From the NCBI GenBank assembly GCA_045863335.1, contig BTVY01000051.1, forward strand, positions 1-48,416: 48,416 bases of DNA, given 5' to 3'. The translations under genes and the position numbers were made by a program. The notes beneath the pieces are model-generated. The model saw nothing but the letters and a program-made list of their open reading frames with translations. It was not told the DNA's origin and searched no databases. Positions 39,271 through 48,209 of the stretch are shown here, piece after piece; positions within the stretch are counted from its first letter, which is position 1, and every line of letters begins with the position of its first letter. Origin of the DNA: Candidatus Hydrogenedentota bacterium (GTDB taxonomy: Bacteria > Hydrogenedentota > Hydrogenedentia > Hydrogenedentales > SLHB01).

Positions 39271-42147
39271 ATGAAAACACTGGTTCTGTGCGCGTGCGCC
39301 TTGATCATTGCCATGACTGCCTTGGCGGAGGAAAGCGCGCCGCCGATCCGCGTGTACGACCACCTGCTCGACCCCGCTGCGCATCTCGATTACGAGCGCC
39401 GCCACGTTCAACCTCCGACCTGGGACACCTTCGGAAACCGCACGCGGTTTGTCACCCTCCGCGGGTTCGGCATGGATAACGATCGCATCGTGGGTTTCGA
39501 GGAAGAGCTGGAAAAGTACACGATTACCCATCGCCTGGGCGATGTGATATGGCCGTCCTATCCCATCGTTTTCGCGGAGAATCTCGACGAACTTGCGGAC
39601 GCCATCAAACGCCGCGACCTGGTTCTCTTCGACATCTGGGGCTACGTGCCCGGTTCGGGTCCCGGCGGTTATTGGCAGCAGTTTCATCCTCCCGCGGGTG
39701 TGTTTGACATGCTCGAATCGAAACTCGGCGAGCGCTGGCTCGGGATGGATGTGGGCGAGCAGGACGGCCGCTACGTCGGCGGCTACGCGTCCCAGATGTA
39801 CCCCATCTCCGGCGACCGCGTTGCGCAATACCTCAACTTCCAGCGCCATTTTCAGGCGATGACCGACGAACTGGGCAACAGGATGTCCACGCTCGTATCG
39901 CTCAACTTCGGCCACTACTTCCTCAAGGAAGGCGTCTACACGACCATCGGCGCGGAGACCGCTCAAGGCTTGCCCAACGGCCAGGTGTACTACTCCTTCA
40001 TCCGCGGCGCCGGCAAACAGTACGGCGTCCCCTGGTTTGGCAACGCGTCCGTCTGGAACCGCTGGGGCTACAAGAACTACGCCGCCGAAGGCGACGATCA
40101 CGGCGCAACGAAGGGTACCAGCCTCAGTCTGCTCAAGCGCCTCCTGTACAGCCACATCCTGTACAACTGCGTCTTCGTCGGGTACGAATCCGGCTGGTTC
40201 GTCGGCGACGAGTTGACGCCCATCGGCCGCATGCAGCAGGCCGCGCGTGAGTGGGTGGTTGCTCACGGCCAACCCGGCACCATGATGACCCCAATCGCGG
40301 TCATGACCGATTTCTATTCGGGTTGGTCGTTCCCGCGCCACTTGTACACCGACAATGTGTGCCGCGTGTGGGGCAACCTGCCCTACGAACCCGGCGACTA
40401 CCTCACGGATAACGTGCTCGACCTGTTCTACCCCGGCTACCAGGACTCCTCGTTTTTTCACGATGAGACCGGCTTCGTCGTGCCGACGCCTCACGGCGAC
40501 AGCGTCGATTGCCTGTTGAGCGACGCGCCCAACTGGGTGCTGGCCCAGTACCCGCTGCTCATCGTCGCGGACGAACTCCGGGGCGGCGCCGAGCTGCGCG
40601 ACAAGTTGAATACGTACATCGAACAAGGCGGGCATCTCGTCATCACGGCCGGAAGCCTCGCAAACTTCCCCGGCGGCCTGGGCGGCATCCGGGCAACCGG
40701 CTCGCCCGTACGCGTGGGCGCCGCGACGGTGACCGGCGACTTCGGCACGATCGAAGAGCCGGCTTCCTTTGATCTGTATCGGCTGGAAAGTCCAAACGCG
40801 ACCGTTGTGCAACACTGTCAACCCAGTTCCACGAGCGAAACGATTCCCGCCGCCGTGCAGACCGCGCTTGGAAACGGGCGCCTGACGGTCCTCGCCTCGC
40901 CCTTCGGTCTTGCCGCGGCCCCGCGGGAAGACGTCATTCACAACGATATCGACAAGGCCTACGTCTCGCCCTATCCCATGCTGGCCCACGTGCGCGCGAT
41001 CCTGAGCGGCCTTGCGCGGCAACAATCGCTCTTTGAAGTCCCCGAAGGGCTGAGCCTCATCACCTGCCGGCGCGCGCCGGGCGAATACACCCTGGCCCTC
41101 TGCAACAATGCGCTCGTGCCGAAACCCTTCGACATCATCTCCCACTGCGGCCCCATCGAATCCATCGAAGAACTGCCCCTCGATCAGTCCGAAAAGGGCG
41201 CGATGGGCTATCTGCCCACCGGACTGGACGGCACGGACGTGGGGACCAGCACCGACAGCACGATCGCGGGCGGCGACGTGCGCATCTTCCGCGTCACCGT
41301 GCGCGAGGAGCGCGTCGAGGAGATCCCCGCCGTGGTGCCGCCGCCGCGTCCGCAGGGCCGGATTCTGCCGTTGCGCGGACCTGAGTCGATACAGGACGCC
41401 GTCTTGACCCGGCCCACGTTCTTTCAGCACTTCGACAGCGTGGCCGTGGACTGGCGGTACGTATACGAGCGGGACGCCAGCCAACTCGCGCGCGAAGCGG
41501 GATGGATCCAGCGGCAGGGTTTGACCGTCTATGTAGACCTCACCTCGGGCATCAACCTTTATCCCGACCTCCGGCTTGTCAACAACGATCCCGACGCGTA
41601 CGCAGAAAGCATGCGGATGATCGACGAGGTCCTGGAGAAGATGTCCGCGCTCGGCGCGAAACACCTTATCCTGTCGTTGCACCGGGTCCCCGAAAACAAC
41701 TTCACCCGCGAACAGACGGAACAGTCTTTTGACGAAACCCTGAAGAACATATGTGCCAGCGCCGAACCGCGCGGCATCACCGTATACCTGCGTCAAAGCC
41801 CCAAAGCCGGCGACCGGCTCGAAGCCATCGTCGAACGCATCGCCCGCATCGGCGCGCCCAACCTCCGCTGGGCCGCATCGACCGCATTGCTCCTGCACCA
41901 AAACGCGAGCCCCGCCGGCCTGACCGCACTCCTCAACGGAAGGCCGGGCCTCTGGCTCGCCAGCGCCCCCGCCTACGACATCGCCGGAAAACCCTGGACC
42001 ATGAACGCTCCGCTCGAAGGCAACGGCGATCCCGACACGCTCGCACAACTTCTCTCCGCCGCACCGTCCGCGCCTGTCCTGTTGGATGCGGTCTACAACG
42101 ATTGGGATGCCGAGTACCGGGACGCGCGCTGTTTGCCGGACAAATAA
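39271..42147 (+). CDS. Large secreted multidomain hypothetical protein (glycosidase-like)
   Basis: Signal peptide MKTLVLCACALIIAMTALA; codon-typical; LNTYIEQGGHLVIT module; C-terminal ALGAKHLIL...AEPRGITV resembles a TIM barrel. Confidence 0.8.
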   Translation: MKTLVLCACALIIAMTALAEESAPPIRVYDHLLDPAAHLDYERRHVQPPTWDTFGNRTRFVTLRGFGMDNDRIVGFEEELEKYTITHRLGDVIWPSYPIVFAENLDELADAIKRRDLVLFDIWGYVPGSGPGGYWQQFHPPAGVFDMLESKLGERWLGMDVGEQDGRYVGGYASQMYPISGDRVAQYLNFQRHFQAMTDELGNRMSTLVSLNFGHYFLKEGVYTTIGAETAQGLPNGQVYYSFIRGAGKQYGVPWFGNASVWNRWGYKNYAAEGDDHGATKGTSLSLLKRLLYSHILYNCVFVGYESGWFVGDELTPIGRMQQAAREWVVAHGQPGTMMTPIAVMTDFYSGWSFPRHLYTDNVCRVWGNLPYEPGDYLTDNVLDLFYPGYQDSSFFHDETGFVVPTPHGDSVDCLLSDAPNWVLAQYPLLIVADELRGGAELRDKLNTYIEQGGHLVITAGSLANFPGGLGGIRATGSPVRVGAATVTGDFGTIEEPASFDLYRLESPNATVVQHCQPSSTSETIPAAVQTALGNGRLTVLASPFGLAAAPREDVIHNDIDKAYVSPYPMLAHVRAILSGLARQQSLFEVPEGLSLITCRRAPGEYTLALCNNALVPKPFDIISHCGPIESIEELPLDQSEKGAMGYLPTGLDGTDVGTSTDSTIAGGDVRIFRVTVREERVEEIPAVVPPPRPQGRILPLRGPESIQDAVLTRPTFFQHFDSVAVDWRYVYERDASQLAREAGWIQRQGLTVYVDLTSGINLYPDLRLVNNDPDAYAESMRMIDEVLEKMSALGAKHLILSLHRVPENNFTREQTEQSFDETLKNICASAEPRGITVYLRQSPKAGDRLEAIVERIARIGAPNLRWAASTALLLHQNASPAGLTALLNGRPGLWLASAPAYDIAGKPWTMNAPLEGNGDPDTLAQLLSAAPSAPVLLDAVYNDWDAEYRDARCLPDK

Positions 42148-42270
42148 GCTTCGAAGACGGGGGTCTGTATAGCCCGTCTGTTTTCCGTTGTCCGAAAGGG
42201 GATCACGGAGAACGTCCTCCCCTTTTTCCATCGAAAACACACTGACCCACACTGACAGGCTCGGACCGGC

Positions 42271-42305
42271 ATGGACGGTATGGACGGTATGGACGAACAT
42301 GGACC
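42271..42305. repeat. 9-mer tandem repeat (ATGGACGGT-like x4)
   Basis: (A)TGGACGGT ATGGACGGT ATGGACGAAC ATGGACC between convergent genes. Confidence 0.75.
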
Positions 42306-43894
42306 TAAGGGCTCCCGGCTTCGCTGTGCTGCGCCGTGGCGAGCCCGGCTTGGCTTCTGGTGTTAGGAGTGGTGTGGGATGGGCCGGTGTAGATGGCCTC
42401 GGCGACGGCTCGGGCTTTGGAGCCGATGGGGAATGCCTCGGGCGGGATTCCGCCGGCCCGGAGGGTGTCGAGGTAGTCCTGGAGGACTTTGGCGGTGTCG
42501 ATGGAGATCTCTCCTTCGTGGTTTTGATCGGTGGATTGCGAGTTGGTTGAGGAACATCCCCCTTGATCCCCCTTCGAAGGGGGAATGGAAAAAGCGGAGT
42601 CAACTGCATTCGAAGGGGGAATGGGAACGCCGGAATCGTTGGTGATTTCGCCGTTCTTGGGTACAGGCGGATCGATGTGGAGGTGGCCGAGGATGGCTTC
42701 GGCGAGTTCTTCGGAGACGCTGTGTCTGGCGGGGCGGTAGCTGGCTAAGACGTGGCTGCGTTCGGATTCGGCGTAGGCTTCGTCGAGGAGGGCGGCGTTG
42801 TCGAAGGCTTCGCACATTTCTACGTCGCGGCCTTGGCCTCCGGCCAAGGCGGCTTGTTGGATGAAGGCTTTGGCGTGGGTTTCGGGGGTTTGGGGTTGGA
42901 GTTGGGCGTCGGCGATGGAATCGGGGTCGAGGCCGGTGTCGTGTTTGGAGCGCTCGGCGTGGCGGAGGATGCCTTCGACGGTCGGGGGTGCACCCATGGA
43001 ATTGTGACGATTCAAGGGGGTGTACCCCGGTGCTTGGAGGAGTTTTAATGTGTGACGGTATTCGCGCATGAGGCGTGTGAAGGCGAGGATGGCGTTGGGG
43101 TTAAGGGATGGGGTTTTGGGGGTGGGGTTTGGGGTATGGGGGTCTTCGGGGGCTTCTGAAGAAGAGGGACGCCTACATGGGCTGGAAGCCCATGGAACGG
43201 CTGGGGGACACGGGCTGGAAGCCCGTGGCACCTCGAAGAGGCTGGAAGCCGTTGTGAGTTGGGCGGCGGCGGTGCTGACGAGGACTTGGAGGGTGGCAAC
43301 GTTGTGGGCGTTGTGGAGGCCCATGGGGTTGGGGTGGGGCTGGGATTCGACGATGGCGAGGGCGTCGGTTAGGACGGTGTTGTATTCGGCGAGTTGGTAG
43401 GGGCACGTTGGGAATTGCGGATTGCGGACTGCGGATTGCGGAGGTTCTGATTGCGGAATGCGGATTGCGGATTGCGGAATGCGGATTGCGGATTGCGGAT
43501 TGGAAGAGGGAAAAGATGGGTTCCCGTTTTCCCTGGCTTCGCTGGGAGTTTCGCCGGGGCACGCACGGGGATGACGGTTGGCGATGGGGCAGGTTTCCCA
43601 GTGGGGGCAGGATTGGGTGCAGGGTCTCAGGCGGCGGGAGTAGAGTCCGTGGATGACGTGGTTGCGGTTGCCGGGGGGTGCGCCGGTGAGGTCGAAGCCG
43701 CCGTGGAAGGCGCAGCGTCCGGAGGGGTGGTCGGATTCGTTGCAACAGGGCGTGCCATCGGGTAGGCGTGCGCCGCAGATGCGGTGGTTGAGTTTCGTTT
43801 CGGTTGCGTCGACGGTGGCGATCCAGTCGTTGGTCCAGGAACGGGCACGGGGGGTGCCGAGGGTGGTGAGCGTTGGTTTGGAGTTGGTTGGCAT
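42305..43894 (-). CDS. HGGxSTG-like / terminase small subunit-like protein with embedded repeats
   Basis: AAGGAGG RBS; ICGAR..DGTPC...GRCAFHGG..TGAPPGNRNHVIHGLYS; Cys cluster; uninterrupted 529-aa frame. Confidence 0.7.
   Translation of the reverse strand: MPTNSKPTLTTLGTPRARSWTNDWIATVDATETKLNHRICGARLPDGTPCCNESDHPSGRCAFHGGFDLTGAPPGNRNHVIHGLYSRRLRPCTQSCPHWETCPIANRHPRACPGETPSEARENGNPSFPSSNPQSAIRIPQSAIRIPQSEPPQSAVRNPQFPTCPYQLAEYNTVLTDALAIVESQPHPNPMGLHNAHNVATLQVLVSTAAAQLTTASSLFEVPRASSPCPPAVPWASSPCRRPSSSEAPEDPHTPNPTPKTPSLNPNAILAFTRLMREYRHTLKLLQAPGYTPLNRHNSMGAPPTVEGILRHAERSKHDTGLDPDSIADAQLQPQTPETHAKAFIQQAALAGGQGRDVEMCEAFDNAALLDEAYAESERSHVLASYRPARHSVSEELAEAILGHLHIDPPVPKNGEITNDSGVPIPPSNAVDSAFSIPPSKGDQGGCSSTNSQSTDQNHEGEISIDTAKVLQDYLDTLRAGGIPPEAFPIGSKARAVAEAIYTGPSHTTPNTRSQAGLATAQHSEAGSP
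42553..42625. repeat. Arm of the CATCCCCCTTGATCCCCCTT repeat family plus a partial duplicate, inside a CDS
   Basis: AACATCCCCCTTGATCCCCCTTCGAAGGGGGAA followed by TTCGAAGGGGGAATGG. Confidence 0.85.
43175..43255. repeat. Tandem REP-like palindromes inside a CDS
   Basis: CATGGGCTGGAAGCCCATG, CACGGGCTGGAAGCCCGTG and a degenerate GGCTGGAAGCC. Confidence 0.8.
43414..43503. repeat. Heptamer tandem array (ATTGCGG)n inside a CDS
   Basis: About 11 units in two blocks; encodes SAIRIPQ repeats. Confidence 0.9.
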
Positions 43895-43940
43895 GGTGTG
43901 GATTCCTCCTTATTAATAAAGGCCGGGAGGTTGCAGAGAG

Positions 43941-43973
43941 AAATTACAAATTAAGAATTATGAATTAGGAATT
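43941..43973. repeat. AT-rich degenerate heptamer array
   Basis: AAATTAC AAATTAA GAATTAT GAATTAG GAATT. Confidence 0.7.
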
Positions 43974-44269
43974 GGATGGGCCCGTCTTCGCTGCGCTACG
44001 CGGCGGCGTCGCGTTTTTGAGGCTGGAGGAAATGATGGCGCGGTGTTGGGGCGTGGGTTTATGGGGGTGCGGGGATGATTGCAGAGTTCAGATTTGAGAT
44101 CTCAGAAGGGCGCGGGGCGCGGTCAGGACATGGGTCTTGCCGTTCCTTCCGTACATTCGATCTGGAATAACAATGTTGGGCCGAGACCTCACCATTTTTG
44201 AGTCGCGGACGACCCTTTCTATGAATGACGCACTTCTCCGCGTCATAATCAACGAAGAGGGTTTCCGCC

Positions 44270-46594
44270 ATGTCCGACTCCGACATCGTTACGCAAGTCC
44301 TTCAAGGCGACACGTCCGGGTTTGAGGTGCTGTTGCGCAAGTACGCCCCGATGGTGCGCGGACTTTGCGCCAGTCATGTGTACGACCCGAGCGCGCTGGA
44401 GGACTTGGTCCAGGAATCCTTCGTCGCGGGGTACGTCAATCTCCATACGCTCCGCGACCGGCGGAAGTTCGGACCCTGGATCGCGCAAATCACGCGGAAC
44501 AAGTGTCAGTCCTGGATGCGGCAACGAATGCGCGAAGAACGCGGACAAGATCGCCTCCAGCTCGAACCGTCGACCGACGCTGCGCCTGACCCCCTGAGCC
44601 AACTGGCGCGCAAGGAATTGTGCGAATGGATCCGCAACCAGATCGGCTCGCTCCCGGATAAGACCCGCGAAGCCATGCTGCTCTGCTACGTAGAAGGATT
44701 GAAGATTCGCGAAGCCGCGGAGTTTCTCGATGCCAGCGAATCTTCCATCAAGAAGCGGCTGCAGTATGGCCGCGACCAACTCGGCGAGAAGATCTGGAAC
44801 GAACTCGGCGAACTCAAACAGCCCGCGACCGACGAGCAACCGCTCTGTAAGAAGGTCATGGCGGCCTTGCCGCTGACTTCCGCACCTTGGAATGTAGGAG
44901 GGTCGGCGGCGTCTACAGTTATTGGAGGATCGGCAGTCGCGGGCAAATCGTTAGCGGTATTGGGGATCGCTGCGGCCGTTATGTGCTCGATCGTCGTCTG
45001 GTCCTTCACGCGCCCAGATCCACCGCGGACAATCGAAGCGATACGGTCCGCTAGTCCAAATCACCCAATAGTTGAATCAACGGGGGTGAGTTCGGGTGAA
45101 AGGGAAGTGCCGGTACATTATGCAGTCCAAGCGAATGACCGCGCTCAGGCGGAACCCGAACCGCCTCGGGAAGATCCCAGGGTAAACGTCGTCGATGAAG
45201 CCGGAACCGTCTCAGGACACGTTTACGCGCACGATGGCCGTCCAACGCCTTTTGCCGACATCACCAGGGCGAGACCCGATGGGTCGTTTGGTAAAGGCGT
45301 GGCGACTACCAACGCTGCAGGCTTCTATGAACTCCAGCATGATGGCGGCGTAGTAAAACTTCGTGCGGACGGCAAGCTGGGTACGACGTCGGAGGCCGTT
45401 ACGCTGGAACTGGATCTGGGCGAATCCGCCCAGCAGGACTTCGTTCTCCATCCGTCGGCCAGCGCCAGATTTGAAATCCGCAAACCTGATGGGACGGTGC
45501 CCGAAGACATCAACTTCTCCGCCGTGCTATGTCGTCCCTTCGACTCGGAACTCATATACTGCTCGGCGGGCATGGGCTCCGTTCTGGAACGAGACGGCGA
45601 CTTGTTCCTACTTCCCCATATTCAACCTGGTCTATATTGCTTAGTAGTGAAGATCAACGGATACGTGACGAAGCGCTTCGAATTCTCCATGCCCGCGGAC
45701 TTTTCGGATCGACGTTTCTTTCTTCCGTTGGAGCATGGCGGTTACCGCTTGACCGTCTCGATTCATGGCGAGCGCGGCGAACCCGTCTCCAACTCGGGCG
45801 TCTTTCTCTTCTACGTGGAGTCCATATTCTCTGGCGATAGTCACGCCCAACCGGAAGCGATTGCGGTTGGTCTTGAAGGTACAAGTGAGATGGGCCTTGC
45901 GACGTTCGAAGGGTTGTTGGCAGGGCAGTATCAAGTCTCGGCCTTGGGTGAGAAGAAGGTCATTGCCATTCCCTACACTGGTACACTTGCCTTCGGGAAC
46001 TCGGTCTCCGATCCCGCCGGTCGCGGCCGATTGCGCGTCCGAGCCGAGAATATCCAACTGGTCGACGGAACCCATGGCGATTCACCGCTCACCATGGATT
46101 CGGCGGCGCTCTATCTCGTATCGCCCTCGGGTACGGTATCTACCGAGTGGGTAGAACCGGGTGACAACTTGGTCGTTGTCGTCAAAAGCGGGTATACAGC
46201 CGCGATACAGCCGCTCACGGTGTCCTCCGAGTACGTGGCCCAGCGCGCGGCTGCCGGGTCAGACGAATACGGCCGGCCCATCCACATCACGTTGGGGGAG
46301 GGCGGCGAGATTTTCGGAGCGATCGAGTGCCCGCAAGATGGGGATCCGTCCGGCCGACGAATAGGTGTTCTTCCCGCCGCGTGTTGGCCAACTGGCGATT
46401 CTCCCCAGAAGACATCAGGCCTAGGCCGATTCTTGTCGCAAGGAGCGCGTTCCGCCGCAGATGGTACATTTCGCGTACCACACCTGCCCTCGGGAGAATA
46501 CTTTGTATACAGCGAAGATGACTTGCACCGCGCCGTACCCGCTACGGTCGTTTCGGGCAACGAAACGGGACCCATAACTATCGAGGCCGATTGA
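44270..46594 (+). CDS. ECF sigma-70 factor fused to a TM helix and extracytoplasmic beta-sandwich (carboxypeptidase regulatory-like) domains
   Basis: EDLVQESF, KFGPWIAQITRN and LPDKTREAMLLCYVEG...IKKRL motifs; TM LAVLGIAAAVMCSIVVWSF; VSGHV..DGRP, TTNAAGFY and ADGTFRVPHLPSGEY. Confidence 0.9.
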   Translation: MSDSDIVTQVLQGDTSGFEVLLRKYAPMVRGLCASHVYDPSALEDLVQESFVAGYVNLHTLRDRRKFGPWIAQITRNKCQSWMRQRMREERGQDRLQLEPSTDAAPDPLSQLARKELCEWIRNQIGSLPDKTREAMLLCYVEGLKIREAAEFLDASESSIKKRLQYGRDQLGEKIWNELGELKQPATDEQPLCKKVMAALPLTSAPWNVGGSAASTVIGGSAVAGKSLAVLGIAAAVMCSIVVWSFTRPDPPRTIEAIRSASPNHPIVESTGVSSGEREVPVHYAVQANDRAQAEPEPPREDPRVNVVDEAGTVSGHVYAHDGRPTPFADITRARPDGSFGKGVATTNAAGFYELQHDGGVVKLRADGKLGTTSEAVTLELDLGESAQQDFVLHPSASARFEIRKPDGTVPEDINFSAVLCRPFDSELIYCSAGMGSVLERDGDLFLLPHIQPGLYCLVVKINGYVTKRFEFSMPADFSDRRFFLPLEHGGYRLTVSIHGERGEPVSNSGVFLFYVESIFSGDSHAQPEAIAVGLEGTSEMGLATFEGLLAGQYQVSALGEKKVIAIPYTGTLAFGNSVSDPAGRGRLRVRAENIQLVDGTHGDSPLTMDSAALYLVSPSGTVSTEWVEPGDNLVVVVKSGYTAAIQPLTVSSEYVAQRAAAGSDEYGRPIHITLGEGGEIFGAIECPQDGDPSGRRIGVLPAACWPTGDSPQKTSGLGRFLSQGARSAADGTFRVPHLPSGEYFVYSEDDLHRAVPATVVSGNETGPITIEAD

Positions 46595-46645
46595 GATCGT
46601 CCACGCTCGACAGATGGATTCACCTGCACCGCTGGGAAAGAACTC

Positions 46646-48043
46646 TCACCCCGGCAGCTCAGTCCTCAGGTGCATGCTTTTCAGGCGGGTGAGTTGGTGG
46701 AAGCCGTAGGGGGAGAGGCTGCAGCCGCGGCCGGTGTCTTTGACGCCCGTCCAGGGGAGGGACGGGTCGCAGAAGTCGCAGCGGTTCATGAAGAAGGTGC
46801 CGGTCTCGATCTGTTCGCCGATGCGGATGGCGCGTTCGGGGTCCTTGGTCCAGATGGAGGCGGTGAGGCCGTAGGCGCTGTCGTTCATAAGGCGGATGGC
46901 CTCTTCGTCGCTGGAGACGGGCATGATGCCGATGACGGGTCCGAAGCTTTCTTCCTGCATGAGCGCGCTGCTGTGGGGCGCGTTGGCCACGACGGCGGGC
47001 GCGGCGAACCAGCCGTGGTTGGGGACGTCGAAGGACTTGGGATCGACGACGAGTTTGCCGCCGGCTTTGACGGCCGCTTCCACCTGCCCCGCCACGAAGG
47101 CGGGCGCGCCTTTGGACGCCATGGGGCCGATGCTCGTCGCGGGGTTCATGGGATCGCCGAGGATATAGGCCTTGGTCGTGGCCACGAAGGCTTCGACGAA
47201 CTCGTCGTAGATCTTCTTGTCCACGTAGATGCGTTCGATGGCGCAACAGGATTGGCCGGCGTTGTAGAAGGCGCCGTCGACGCAATTCTCCGCCGCGTAT
47301 TGCACGGGGATATCGGCGCAGACGTAGGCGGGGTCTTTGCCGCCGAGTTCCAGGCCGATGTTGATAAAGCGGTTCATGGCGCCGCGCACGATCTCGTGGC
47401 CGCCTTTGGTGGAGCCCGTGAAGGAGACGTAGTCCACGGCGGGATGCTTTACGAAGTGGTCGGTCGTTTCGTGATCCGCGATGACGTGTTGCACGAGATG
47501 GGCTGGCGCGCCGGCTTTCTTGAAGGCGTCTTCAAAAGCCTGTCCGCAGAGAGGGGTCTTGCTCGAATGTTTCAGGATGACCGCGTTTCCCGCGAGTACG
47601 GACGGCACGACGACGTTGACTGCGATGAGGAGGGGATAGTTCCAGGCCGCCACGTCGAACACGACGCCGAGGGGTTCGTGGCGGATGTACTTCTTGAAGC
47701 CGGCAACCTCCGGCGCGGGTTCATCCGCCAGCACCTGCGGCGCGATGGCCATCATATGCTCGGCGCGTTCGACCAACCGGCCGATCTCGCCCTTGGCCTG
47801 GGATAGGGGTTTCCCCATTTGGATCGTGATGTCCAAGGCGACCTGGTCGCCCATCGCCTTGAAGGCGTCCACGAACTTCCGGCACAACGCGATCCGTTCG
47901 TCCAGCGGCACCCGCCGCCAGTCTTCGAAGGCCTTGCGGGCTTGCATGACCACGGCATCGACGTCGTCTCCGCTCAGCATGGGCAACGTAAAGGCGGGCT
48001 CTTCGGTAAAGGGATTGATAACGGTCAGTTCGTTGGCGCTCAT
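46646..48043 (-). CDS. Aldehyde dehydrogenase family protein
   Basis: WNYP, SFTGST, LELGGKD, NAGQSCCAIER, EESFGP and YGLTASIWT motifs. Confidence 0.96.
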   Translation of the reverse strand: MSANELTVINPFTEEPAFTLPMLSGDDVDAVVMQARKAFEDWRRVPLDERIALCRKFVDAFKAMGDQVALDITIQMGKPLSQAKGEIGRLVERAEHMMAIAPQVLADEPAPEVAGFKKYIRHEPLGVVFDVAAWNYPLLIAVNVVVPSVLAGNAVILKHSSKTPLCGQAFEDAFKKAGAPAHLVQHVIADHETTDHFVKHPAVDYVSFTGSTKGGHEIVRGAMNRFINIGLELGGKDPAYVCADIPVQYAAENCVDGAFYNAGQSCCAIERIYVDKKIYDEFVEAFVATTKAYILGDPMNPATSIGPMASKGAPAFVAGQVEAAVKAGGKLVVDPKSFDVPNHGWFAAPAVVANAPHSSALMQEESFGPVIGIMPVSSDEEAIRLMNDSAYGLTASIWTKDPERAIRIGEQIETGTFFMNRCDFCDPSLPWTGVKDTGRGCSLSPYGFHQLTRLKSMHLRTELPG

Positions 48044-48209
48044 GTTTCACCTGCGATATTGTTTGTATTCGATCAATCGGTCATTGTCGCCGCTTCGGGC
48101 GCGCAATCCGTGAATGTTCCCCGTTGGATTGCGTCTGAAAGGAGGTCTTTGCGTCCCCGCTTCGGGACGGAAGGGTATCACAGGAAGGCCGGAGGTTACA
48201 CATCGGGCT

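Noticed and set aside
36900-39314. 804-aa minus-strand ORF
   Set aside because: Antisense to folC and the PqaA-like gene, both of which have clear motifs.
39205-42609. 1134-aa minus-strand ORF
   Set aside because: Antisense shadow of the 39271-42147 gene, expected in high-GC DNA; no motifs.
42305-43894. Prophage, suggested by the terminase-small-like motif
   Set aside because: No large terminase, portal, capsid or integrase nearby.
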